Positions 1 to 12,600 of a stretch of DNA of 64,000 nucleotides are shown here, piece by piece. This DNA comes from Hemiscyllium ocellatum. Its lineage: Eukaryota. The notes under the pieces are model-generated. The model was not told the origin of the DNA. It searched no databases and saw only the letters and a list, made by a program, of their open reading frames with translations. The DNA lies in assembly GCF_020745735.1 (NCBI RefSeq), contig NC_083410.1:64950117-65014116 (forward strand). The letters are read 5' to 3'. Within the stretch, counting starts at the first letter, position 1. Each line of letters starts with the position of its first letter. The translations under genes and the position numbers were made by a program.

Positions 1-2720
1 ACCCTACGTTTCTTACCATCAAGCCAATTTTGTATGTAATTAGCCAGCTCGCTCTGAATTCCATGTGATCTAACCTTACTGAGCAGCCTACCATGTGGAA
101 CCTTATCAAAGACCTCACTGAAATCCATATAGATTGTGTTTAACCACCTGCCCTCATCAACCTTCCTGGTCATTTCAAAGAACTAACAAATTTGTGAGGC
201 ACAAAGCCATGCTGACTACTCCTAATCAAACCCTGTCATTCTAAATGCATGTAAATCTTATCCCTCAGAATCTTCTCAAGGAACTCACCCACCACAGATG
301 TTAAGCTTACCAGTCTAATGTTCCCAGGCTTTACTTTGCAGCCCTTCTTGAATAATGGCACAAGATTCACTACTCTCCAGTCTTCCGGGACCTACCTGTA
401 GCTAACGATGATGCAAAAATATCAGCCAGGGCCCCCACTATTTCTTCTCTACCCTCTTGCAATGTTCTTAGATATATCTGGTCAGGACCAGGAGATTTAC
501 CCACTTTCATACAATTCTAATACATCCAAAACCTCCTCTACTGTGATGTGGACTGTTCCTAAGATATCACCACTAACTTCCCCAAGTCTTTATGTCTTTC
601 TCCATGGTAAACATAGAGGAGATATATTTACTGAGAACATCGCCCATCTCCTGCGATTCTACACATACATGTACACTTTGGTCCATCATGGACCCTACAC
701 TCTCTCTCTCTCTCTCTCTCTCGTTATAAAGAACCTCTTTGGATTCACCATAATCTTCTCAGCCAAGGCTATCTTGTGCCTCCTTTTCGCCCTCCTGATT
801 TCCATCTTCAGTAAACTCCTGTATTCCCTGGAGGTCTCCAGGGACTCCATTGATCCCAGTTACCTGTACCAGAGCCGCGCCTCCTCCTTTTTTCTGATCA
901 AAGCCTCAATATCTCTGGTCATCCAGGATTCCCTATTCCTATCAACTTTGCCCTTCACCCTCACAGGAACATACAAACCTTGAACTCTAGCTATCTCACT
1001 TTTAAAGACCTTCCACTTGCCAAAGGTCCCTTTGCCTGCAAACTAACTACTCCAATCAACCTCTGCAAGCTCCTGTCTAATCCCATCAAAATTTGCCTTG
1101 CCCCAAATTAGAATTTGAACTTGTGGGCCGATTTTGTCCCTCTCCATAACTACTTTAAAACGAATAGAACTATGGTCACTGGTCCCAAAGTGCTTCCCCA
1201 CTGTCACCCCCACCGAGTAGGAACCTCTATATACTGCTTCAGGAAACTTTTCTCAATGCACTTAAATTCCACCCCATCGAAGCCCTTAACACTCCGACAG
1301 TCCCAGGCTGTTAGAAAAATTTAAATCCCCTACTATGACAACCCTACTGCTCCTGCAAGTCTCCCCAATTTCACTGCATATTTGTTCTTCTAACTCCTGT
1401 TGACTACTTAGAGGCCTATAGGATAACCCCAATAACGCTGCCACCCCCTTCTTATTTCTTAGCTTCACCCACAAAGCCTCACCCTCAGTTATTTCATCTC
1501 TGACTACTGCTGTGATAAAATCAAAAATGCAACTCCCCCTCCCCTCCTTTCACCACCTATGTCCCACCTAAAGGCACATGAAGCTGCTAGTCCTGTCCCT
1601 CCCTTAGCCATATGACCATGATATCCCAGTCCCACACACCTACTTATGCCCTGAGTTCATTGGCCTTACCTATCAGCCCTCTTGCATTGAAATAAATGCA
1701 ACTTAATCCAACAGACATTCCTTGCTCCCTGTTGTATTTCAGCCTGACCTGGATCTTCAACTTACTGTTTCAGATCACTATCTCCTTTGAGCCTCACATT
1801 TGCTTCCCTGCTGTTGAGGATCCCACCCCTATCAATCTAGTTTAAACCTTCCCTTGCAGCACTAGCAAATCTAGCCACCAAGATATTAGTCCCCTTCCAG
1901 TTCACGTGCAACCTTTCCCTCTTGAACAGCTCATCTCTGCCCCAGGAAAGATCCCAATGATCTAAAAATCTGAATCCCTGCCCCCTGCACCAATTTTTTT
2001 AGTCACACATTCATCTGCCATATCCTCCTGTTCTGACCCTCACTAGCACAGTGCATTGGAAGTAATGTGGAGATTATCAACAAGGTCCTGTTTTTTTTTT
2101 AAACTTTTTTCCTAGCTCTCTCATAATCACTGTGCAGGACCTTATTGCTATTCCTACCTGTATCATCAATGAATTCTGGCTACTCACTCTCTCCCTTGAA
2201 CGTTCTGCAGCGGCTCGGAGACATCCTGGACTCTGGCACCTGGGAGGCAACACACCATCCTGGATTCCTGTTTCTGGTCACAGAGTTTCTGTCCCCCTAC
2301 CTAGCAAATCTTCTATCACTAAGGTCCTGTCTACCTTTATTCTTTCCTGTCGTGCCCCAGAGCCAGTTATGGTGCCACCAACCAGGCTGCTGCTACTTTC
2401 TCCTGAATTGTATCCAAAACGGTATGCTTGTTTTCAAAAGGAGTGACCACAGGGGATTCCAGCACTCTCCTTCCACACCCTTTGCCTTTCCTGGTGTCAC
2501 CCAGCTACTCTCTCTTTCCACCCTACGCGTGACCACCTCACAAACTCCTAAGCAGTCAGCATCTCATATAATCCGGAGTCTGTCCAGCTCCAACTCCCTA
2601 ACACTGTCTCCCAGAAGCTGCAACTGGGTGCATTTCCCACGGGTGTAGTCATTGGGCACAATGGAAGTCTCCTCGAGTTTCTACGTCCTGTAGGAGTAAC
2701 ATGTGACTGCCTGAACTGCC
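1..2720 (-). mobile_element. Degenerate CR1/HER1-type LINE: ORF1 (esterase-like), APE endonuclease and start of RT, running off the window start
   Basis: ORF 1286..1474 WVKLRNKKG..GLSYRP..VVIVGDLNF is an APE motif; FDKVPHGRLL-type RT motif near 80-110; LPGARVQDVSE-type ORF1 motif near 2215-2250. Confidence 0.85.
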
Positions 2721-3059
2721 ATAAGCTTACCTGTACTGCTACTCTCAGAAGCCTCTCGAGCCAAAGCTTTACTTCCTTCTGTTATCAACAAGTATTGCAA
2801 TAACATGTCTCTCTATTCCTCCAGCCTTTTTTTGGTTAGAGAAGGGAAGGAGAGAAACATTACAGTCATGTGATATCTGGGCCTTAAGCATCCCTTGACA
2901 CTATGACCTGCACTTCAGTGCAAGTGACCGCTTGTCCTCGGAGGGTGTCTTGTCATTCATTTCTGACATTGGGTTGCTGTGGACCTCTGGGTCTGATATT
3001 TAATGTGTGATATGTGGAGTTGGTGCATCAAACCCCTTCCTGATCAGCTGCCTGCAGTC

Positions 3060-4000
3060 AAGGTAAAGTTTCTCTAGTTGGGCAAGTTTGGTTGCAAAGG
3101 CTTATCTGGTTGTCCACCTCCCATTGCACCTAATCAAGGTGGCAACTACTCTACACAGATCTAAAGTTGCCATTTGGGCTGACTTTGGTTGAGCGGACTT
3201 ACTTTGACTTACCTCCAATGTTCAACGCTGGCAATAACTTCAGAGTTCTGTCAAAATGAAATCTGTCCTTACACGGATTTAGTCACTCACAACTGTTACT
3301 ACTTCTGGCTGCATCTACTTCTTTCCTATTCAGAATGGCATTTATGTATGGAGTCACACCTTTTTACTGAACTACTTTCCACGCTTTCAGCAGCTGTATT
3401 TCTCCACTTGAGGATTGTCATGCATATATTTGTGTGGGATTTGCTCAATTTCTTTATGATTCCTTTGGCGATTTTCATCACCACCTCAGCCTTTCTATTT
3501 GACTGCAAGATGTCAATTGCTGAAAGCTACTGTCACTCATGATAATGTTGGGAATATCATCTGCTAAAGTGTGCTTTTACAAAGTTGATATTCCTAGTGG
3601 TCAACTGGTCCACCATGAAGTAGACAGAAAAGCAATTTACTGTGACAGATTACAAGTTCCTGAAAGTGTATAGATGTCAACCTCCATGCATGGTCTGTTT
3701 GGAATGTCATGTGTCATCACTGGTTCTTCAGCTTACTTACTTTGGTACTCCGTGGAAGAACTACACTGCCTGATTTTTTTGTTCACATTTGACCAGAATA
3801 TCTCACCTTCATCAGACTCTATATGTTGGTGACATGATTGAGCTTTAACATATTTTCTTCTTAACTCCTTGTACAATATACCAATTTGGGCTATCAATTC
3901 ATCTTAGTATGTCAACATACTATTGTAAGTCATAGGGCGTGTCCTTGATGCTTTTGGGCTATTTTCTTATTACAATTTCCAACTGTTCTAAAAAGTTTGG
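3060..4000 (-). mobile_element. Degenerate Gypsy-like LTR retrotransposon integrase relic
   Basis: ORF 3326..3508 QSNRKAEVVMKIAKGIIKK...ILKWRNT resembles the integrase QSNGxAExxVK...LLxxRNTP motif; boundaries approximate. Confidence 0.7.
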
Positions 4001-4674
4001 ATTTTGTTAGGTAGTTCAGATGATTGAACAAGATGTTTACTTGTTACATTCAATTATCTGCTGTGTTGATAATTCCAGATGACGATGAACAACTGCTTCA
4101 TACTGAATCTAGAAGATTTCACATTCCTTTGTAATATTATTGGAGTGCTGTTTTGGACAGCAAGCCTGAAATATACATCTGCTTTCCCTGCTTGGCTGTC
4201 ACATCCAGGTGGTATCTTTATAATGGATGTAAAATTCGTTGAAGTGGGTACTGAGGGAAATGTTTTGAAGTAACTAGAGGTCAGACTTGACTGTCACTTT
4301 GTATCTTCCATGTAGAGTAGAGACCCATTTTGTTTTTATCATTTTTTGGTTTGGAACGGAGAGGTGAAGTTAAGAATTGAACTTTTAAAACAGCTAGTGT
4401 TTGAGGAGAACAAGGACAGATGGGGACTGGCTTGGAAAATAATCTCCATATCCATAAACTAGCATACCATCCACTTTAGCTTCCAAGCAAGGCAAATCAC
4501 TTAACCACCTCATGTTATCGGTGGTGACATTTTTCTTGAGAAAGAAAAATATCAAACAACCTGTGGAACCAATTTTATCTCATGAAAGGTGTCCAGAACG
4601 TGGTTAAAAGACTTCTGCTTTCATCCAGCTTCGTTTGACAGAATCTCTCTTGTAGTACTCTGAGGTAACCTTCT

Positions 4675-5060
4675 TCACTGTCCACTACACCTCCAATTTT
4701 GGTGTCATCTGCAAACAGACTAACCATACCTCCTTGTTCGCAGCCAAATCATTTTCATAAAATGATGAAAAGCAGTGGGCCCAACACTGATCCAATTACC
4801 ACAGCTGGTCACAGGCCTCCAGTCTGAAAAGCAACCCTCTACCATTACCCTCTGTCTTCTACCTTCAAGCCAATTCTGTATTCAAGTGGCTAGTTCATTC
4901 TGTATTCCATGTGATCTAACCTTGCTAACCAGTCTACCGTGAGGAAAGTTGTTGAACGCCTTATTTAAGTGCATATAGATCATGTCCACCGCTCTGCCCT
5001 CATCAATTATTTTTGTTGCTTTCTCAAAAAACTCATTAAGTTAGTGAGACACGATATTCT
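4675..5060 (-). mobile_element. CR1 LINE RT fragment
   Basis: Minus strand encodes FADDTKIGGVVDSEEG and DWRPVTS-like RT motifs. Confidence 0.8.
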
Positions 5061-5484
5061 ACTCATGAAATTTTATAAAGGATTAAAATATAACCAAAGA
5101 GTGAATGAATATGAAAAAATAAAGAACAAGCCATCGTAATGTAGCAGTCTCCAAACATAAGACCAAGAAAAATGATTATTTCCATGCAATTCATCTACGT
5201 ATCAAAATGCATTCAAAAACTAAGGGTGTATTATTATGTAATAAGAGGAAATCATAAATGCTTCTCTCTCATTCGGTCCATGATAATCAATCTAGTCATA
5301 TTAATTTAGAAAGTGATGATGCAAAACACTAATTTAATTTTAAGATGGATCTTAAGTGCTTGCTTTAAGTTGTCAAGATTAAGACCATAAAATACCAAAG
5401 TTTGTAATTTCTCTCAAACATGTTTCAAATAACAAGTGTAAAATGTCACTCACAATATTAGTTTATAGATACCCTCACAGTAAT

Positions 5485-5672
5485 GGGGAGAAAGTGAGGA
5501 CTGCAGATGCTGAAGATCAGAGTCCAAAGTATGGTGCTGGAAAAACACAGCAGGTCAGGCAGCATCCAAGGAGCAGGCAAATCGACATTTTGGGTACAAG
5601 ACCTTCATCAGGAATGAGCCTCAGGATGCTGCTTGACCTGCTGTGCTTTTCCAGCACCACACTCTTGATCCA
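5485..5672. mobile_element. Short ORF-less palindromic element, hammerhead family B (degenerate)
   Basis: Inverted arms; CACAGTAAT duplicated at 5476-5484 and 5673-5681; decayed hammerhead on minus strand at about 5581-5615. Confidence 0.75.
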
Positions 5673-6567
5673 CACAGTAATTTCATTGTACCATGTGATA
5701 TACAGAAACAGTAATGCTGACTTATGAGAAATGTACAGTGATAATCGTAGGATAATTTTAATCTACACAGAGTGGATGAATCAGGTGAACAAATGTAGCT
5801 TGAAAGATGAGTTCAGAATGTTTTCAGTACAGTTTCCTAGATTATACATTCTAGGGATCAGATAGTAGGATGCTCTGGACCTAGAAACGTATAGTAAGAA
5901 CAGATGATCTCATAACAGCAGTACCCCTGGGTAGCAGTGATCATAACATTGTCAGCTTGAATGAGAAAGGATCAGGTGGCAAAGAAGGCAGATGACAGGT
6001 TTGCCTTCACTGGTTGGAGCACCAAGTCATTTTGCAACTGAATAAAACTTCAGTTAGGTCACATTCAGAGTACTGTGTGCATTTTTGGTCGTTGAATTGC
6101 TTCATAGCTGAGCGGATCAAATTCTTGACAAAGGAATCAAACATGATGGACTAGAAAATAAGGTTGAGAAAACAAACAGATCAGCTATACATGTTGTTTA
6201 ATAGCAGAACTGGCCCGAGGCATTGATTGGCCTAATGCTAATTCTGATATATACATAGGTAGTCAGGTTTGAGCTTTTGCTATATACAAATAAGTCCAAA
6301 ATTATAATTTATTTGGCCAAATTTCATTAACTGACAAGATTCGGTTTGCACTTGCATTTCCAGCATATTCTGATCTTAGCTCCCGTTTTCCATCATGTGA
6401 AATAACTTATATTACTATTAAGAATAAATTCTGTAATTCACATTGTCACTTTTACTACAGGACATAAATTCACTAGGAATTCAAATTTACTGTAATATTA
6501 TAAAAATTGAGATGAAGAGAGAAACAATGCTGCCAAGAATAATTCAGTTGTATAAAATTATAATTAC

Positions 6568-6694
6568 CTTATCAGGCAGTCCAGCTGGTTGACAAACAAT
6601 TCGTAATGGTAAAGACTGTTTATCACTAAGGGCTTTTAGGTGACTGCTGATACCTGTACCCTCAATCTGCCATTGCCGCAAATGGTATGCAAAT
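6568..6694 (-). CDS. USP34: USP34 exon, 127 bp (FAYHLRQWQIEGTGISSHLKALSDKQSLPLRIVCQPAGLPDK)
   Basis: tag acceptor, gtaatt donor. Confidence 0.96.
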
Positions 6695-9600
6695 CTATGG
6701 ATAGAATGCAAGCCAAAATTGCTATCAACAAGTGTCACATATTTTTCCTTTAACAAAGAGAAAATGTTTAAAATATTGGATTAGGATTTTCCTTTAGTGT
6801 TTGCTCATAACATAAAAACGAACATGAAGTGCTACTTTTAATTGCAAAGTTGAAATGGATCAGTCTGCATTTCAATTAAGGAATATTTTAAAGTGACTGC
6901 GAACCAACTTATTAAATAAAGCATTCAATTCCAATGAGGTTGGTCATTCCAAAATTTCAGTAAATTACAGCTTTCTAAAATGGACATCTTCAAGCTACGT
7001 TACCAATCTAAACATGCAGTTATAGCCTGCAGTTACAACACATATACACCACAGGAAAACGTTAAATCAGAGGCAATTAGTACGGCATGCTGGGCTGTCA
7101 TATTTAGGGATATGCTTTAAGTTACGCTGGTTAAAGGAAAACAGCCAAGATTTTCAGTATGATTTATGTCCAGTTGCAGTCCAGTGAATTGTGCAGGGTA
7201 ACCGAAGGAAAAGTTGTTCAACTATGAAAACCTCACTCTCGCAAAAAAATATGATCATACAACTTATGAAACACATTAAGGGACTAAATAATTCTGTGTC
7301 CCACCATGCTGTGATGCAATGCATAAAATATCATAGTCCAAGCATACAATACATGCATGACAAAAGCAAAATAATATAACAAATTAAGAATTGCATGTAT
7401 TTTCCCTCCATTTGGAAACATCTAGACTAACCAAAATTATTTAGGTGGTGATAATGCAGAATAAAGAAAAGCAAACCAGTATCATATTACAAAAACTAAT
7501 CTGAATCTTAGATTAGATTCCCTACAGTGTGGAAACAGGCCCTTCGGCCCAACAACTCCACACCGACCCTCCGAAGAGTAACCCACCCAGACCCATTTCC
7601 CTCTGATTAACGCACCTAACGCTATGGGCAATTTAGCCTGGCCAATTCACCTGACCTGCACATCTTTGGACTGTGGGAGGAAACCAGAGCACCCGGAAGA
7701 AATCCAAACAAATACAGGGAGAATGTGCAAACTCCACACAGTCACCCGAGGCTGGAATCGAATCTAGGACCCTGGTGCTGTGAGGCAGCAGTGCTAACTA
7801 CTGACCCACCATGCCATCCCAAATAGATAGATATGTAGTGCTAGGCTTGTTTGGCTAAATCACAACCATAGGATATTTATAAATACTTATACTTAAAATT
7901 ACTGGAGGTTAGGAGATATACATGGCCTTTAAGTAACAAAGTTTGTTTTACCTTCTTCTAAATGCTTCCAAGTGTGTTTTCAGCATCAAGAGTCCCCTTT
8001 CAATTATAGTAAGGCTGGATTGAGGTTCTTTGTCAAGATTTTCTGATGCCATCATCAGGCTCTCCATACATTTACTGATAAATTCTTGCTCCTTCTCCAA
8101 GCCAGTTTTACCTGTAACATTAGTGTTTTAAAATAAAAGAGAGGATGAATACATAATTCAGTTACCATTGTAAATCCATACATGCAAATCATTTTTATAC
8201 AATTTTGTTTTAGATGATAGCAACACTTCTGGCACCCTCAGAAAACAAGTAGTAAAGTTAATTTGGACTTTGTTTTTTGAGTATTCGTTCTTCTTGAACA
8301 TTTCACAGTGCAAAGATTCCTCAAGAACAAACCACGACACGCAGACAAAACACAGCCAGAAACCGTAACCACCTTACCATATATCAAAGAAGTTTCAGAA
8401 ATGACAGCCAGACTACTGAGGCCCCTCAGAATCCTAGTAGCACACAAACCCACCAACACTCTCAAACAAAAAGTAACAAACTTAAAAGACCCAGTACAAC
8501 CCAAGGACAAAACCAACATCATCTATAAAATTTCATGCAAGGACTGCCGCAAACACTACGTAAGACAAACAAGAAGAAAGTTAGCCACCAGGATACATGA
8601 ACACCAGCTAGCCACAAAAAGACACGACCCCCCTCTCCCCCATAGCCCTACACATGGATGAAAAAAACCATTTCGACTGGGACAACACATCTATCCTGGG
8701 ACAGGCTAAGCAAAGACATGCCAGAGAATTCCTAGAGGCCTGGCACTCCAACACAATGCCATAAACAAGCACATAGATCTAGATGCCATCTATCAACCCC
8801 TCGGAAAACGAACAGGAAATGACATCACCACAAACCCCAGGAACCTCAATCAGGACAAACATATAAATAGAAAGCAGGAGACAACGGCTTCGCTTCACTT
8901 GGAGGTCGCCACTGATGATGTTACCTAGCCAGGTAATGAAACATCTGGATATCAAACCTACAACTCAGCGAGCAAACCTACACCCTAAACCTCAACCTGA
9001 GCTACAAACCTTCACAAACCTTTGATGTTTCTCTGGTCTGAAGATTGAGGACCTGGTGGATGCAAAACTGAAGTGCTAAAACACCAGAAGAGGAAATTTA
9101 AGTTTAGTGTGACAAGCTTGCATAGGCAGTTTCCATTACTAAAGTGAGTACTGGTGTCTATTCCTGAAAACTTTACTTCTGACTGGTATTTATTTGTCAT
9201 ACGTCCTGCAGAAATTGCGATCAAGAAATTTCTGATAAATTACCTGTGTGAATCCTGTAATGTTTCACAGAATAAGTGGAAGAATATGATCCCTTTCTTA
9301 TCTGTCTGCATCTCGGTGAAATCTTAAAGCATTCAAAACTCAACCACTTGGACAGTTAAAAATCTGACTAAGGTTTCCATTCTTGGCATTTTTCAGAATG
9401 TCCCTTAAATCTTTTTCTGCACTCATACTGCTGCTTTCTCTCTCACTCTTTCTTTCTATCCTTTCATTTAGTTGGTGATAGATGATCTGGCATAGCGTGA
9501 TAAGGAAAGAAAGTAGCAATACTTGGGTAGTTTTTATGTTAGAGTTTCCAGGAAATGTGGCTGTTAGACAAATATTTATCACCCACCCATTCACTCTTAT

Positions 9601-12600
9601 TCTCAATTTTCTCAAATGTACTCAATTTTCCTATAGCACATACACTTCCACAGCTGTCCTTAACTTTCCTCCTCTGAAGTTTTTCCTCTGTCACCACATG
9701 TCTCCCCTTAGCTCTGAATTCAAACTCCCAACATTTGCTTTCTTTGGACAAATGGGAAGGACCTTGAACATTCTCCCCCCACGTACCCCCACTAACAAGC
9801 GCTAAAATCAAACTTATTTTATCAATTGCCCTCATAAGATATTCACTTCTAAAATATGACTTTTTTCCCAAGAAAATGAAAAAAACTAAAGTGAAACAAG
9901 GACACCAGTTGCTTTGTTTGTCTTTCCCGTCTGAAATGCCCGGTGTGACAAATCACAATTCAATACTGCTGAAAATATATGCTGGCATATTTGCTTTCGT
10001 CAAGACGAAATAAAATACTAGATTTCAAAAAGGCACAACACTACATGAGGAAAGAGTACCGATTAGTTGACAAGAGCACTTGATTGATGAAGCACTGCCA
10101 TAGATGATGAACCAGGTAACAGTTAGTCCTCAAGTTGTTCATTAAATTCAAAAAGACGTGCTAATTTTGATTCGCCAAAGTGGGAACACATCAGGAAACA
10201 CTTGTCACCCAAGCTTCTGTTTAACTGAAAAATGTGCATTACATGGACAAGTACTTTCTACTTGAAGAGATCAAGGACCTGTGTGAAATCTGATGGAATC
10301 TATTACTTTAACAGCCATTAGTACTGTGTAAACCAGTAATCTATGAAAATTGTAACATTCAGGGAACATAGATACAAGGAACTGAAGCTCTGACTGTTCT
10401 AAAATTAGTTACATTCAATGCTGCCTAGCAAGAAGGACAGAGCTTGTTACAAAATCTTTAATAGATCACTCAGGATAGTTCATGGATTATAAATCACTGA
10501 GAAACAGTGTGCGCGCCATATGCTTCAAATCTTCTGCAGGTTTGCAATCAGTACTTATGAAAACAATTGTTTTCATAAGCCTGCAATGGTTATCAGGTTA
10601 CTTATTTTTCAGAACTGAAGTCACACGTTCAAATATTGTTTGTAAAACAATTTCTCATTAAAGTCCAAATTTTTAAAATAACTTTTTTAAAGTGAGCTTT
10701 TTAAAAAAAATATGGAATACTTTCTTCAAAGCTACAGAATCATGTGCTTTTGTTTTCTTAGAAAGAAACTGGAATCTCTCACTTTGTCACTTTTGGGGAA
10801 AGAAATGTACTGGCACTCAAGGCTGCAACATATTTGGCAGTCTTGATCAGAATAATAACAATGAACACACAGATCTTCAAATAAGCACAAGTGAACCACA
10901 TTATAAGCCCAATTAATAAACCTGAACTGGTTGGTAGCACAAATCTTAGTACATGTAGGTGTGTTCACTAAATGCTGTTCAATTAGAGAATCACATCTAA
11001 AATGAGGGACTTCTGAATTTGCAAGAACAGTTAACACTCTACTTGTTGCGATCAGTCAAAGAATATGCTGTTGACGTAATCCATAGGTCTCTTGGGGTGT
11101 ACAGCCTATATACCTGGCATCACAGAAACTTATACCCCTTTTTAGTCATTTGTGTAATAGACAGAATCTGTTTTAGTTTGACGGTAGCGCCTGGTTATTG
11201 GAGAATACCACTCATGCCACAATGTGAAATGGCTAGCTTCACCTATTACTCAAATTTTTGATTCACTTTCCCCCTCCTGGGCAATACGAGGTAGTCCTTG
11301 TATTTCCCAAGACCAGAAATGAAGGCCTCAGGCCTTCAAGTTTCTGCAATTCACAGCAAGCAATAACTGGATTGGGCTAGCCATTATCCCATGGATTAGT
11401 TCTGCTGTACCCTATTTCAGCATCAAGCTTGCAGGCTGAGAAAATGATGAGATCTCTACTTATAAGGAGTTGATAGACCAATTTTATGAATGCATGGCAC
11501 TGTGATAATGCGTGTGTGTATATATGGACCAGGGAAGAAAAGTTCTGAGTAGACAGTTGAAGATAACCCAATTCTGAACTGGCATGTCAAGGAAAGGCAG
11601 CTAGTTTTACTATTCCATGGATGGAGAACATTAAGATGTATTAGGAAATTATTTAATGCTGCTGCAGATTCAATAAAGCAAACGTCTACAAATGAATTAT
11701 ACAATTGCTGAAAGATTATCGGGCCATTTCATCAAACACACATTGATTGTAGAAACTAAAAAAAAATGTTAAGAGAACAGGGCCTGGGAGATCCCATGAT
11801 AAAACAATATATTAGGGAATAGATAGTTTTGTCATCGAAGATGAACTCAACTACACAAGTTACTAAGTTCATAAATTCAACAGATACCAATTCAGCCAAT
11901 AGCAGTGCATCTCAATTGCTACGATATAGTGAGGTGACAAAAAAATGTCTACAATTTCCTTGAGTAAAACATCAACAAATAGGTTAGTAATGTCAAATTA
12001 ACGTGTCCTTTCTGCCAGACTATTGGACAATGGATGGTATCGAACTGTCCTTATATGCTGAATGCCATTCAACATTAGGAAATACTCAAATTACATCCAT
12101 AATCATGTATGCATAGTTATATACATATATACGTTTCATGGTCTTTGCTAAAAATTGATGGAACTGTTCAGTGCGTATGTAGAAAATGTACTCAAGACCA
12201 GTTCTAGCTACTCATTCAGCAAAGTGGCCAATTTATATTGCAAAACATATGTCACAGGTAAGATGGGGCATAAAGGGACATCACTTTCATGCACCATGAG
12301 CAGCCCAAATATATATGTGGACAGACAGCATCACAAGGACAAATTTATTTTAAAAGCCACCAGATCACTCATTAAATATATTTATCAACTATTTTTGAAA
12401 GTTGCCTCAGAACAGGACCATATGTTATGCTGAGCAGCAAGCCAATAGTTGTGAAGTTAGACCCACCAGAAACAATGACATGCATTTTGTCAATACAGTT
12501 GTGCAAATTACATGCTTTCCAACAATTCATAATCATACAGATCTATTACATTTGGTTATCTTATTTATTGCACCACTGAAACATTTTCATTTAAACAATT

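Noticed and set aside
408-983. 191-aa plus-strand ORF and other long ORFs at 2132-2648
   Set aside because: Antisense readings of a degenerate CR1 LINE
7740-7820. tRNA-like A/B boxes here and at 37800, 44550, 45450 and 62720
   Set aside because: Heads of HE1-type SINEs, not tRNA genes
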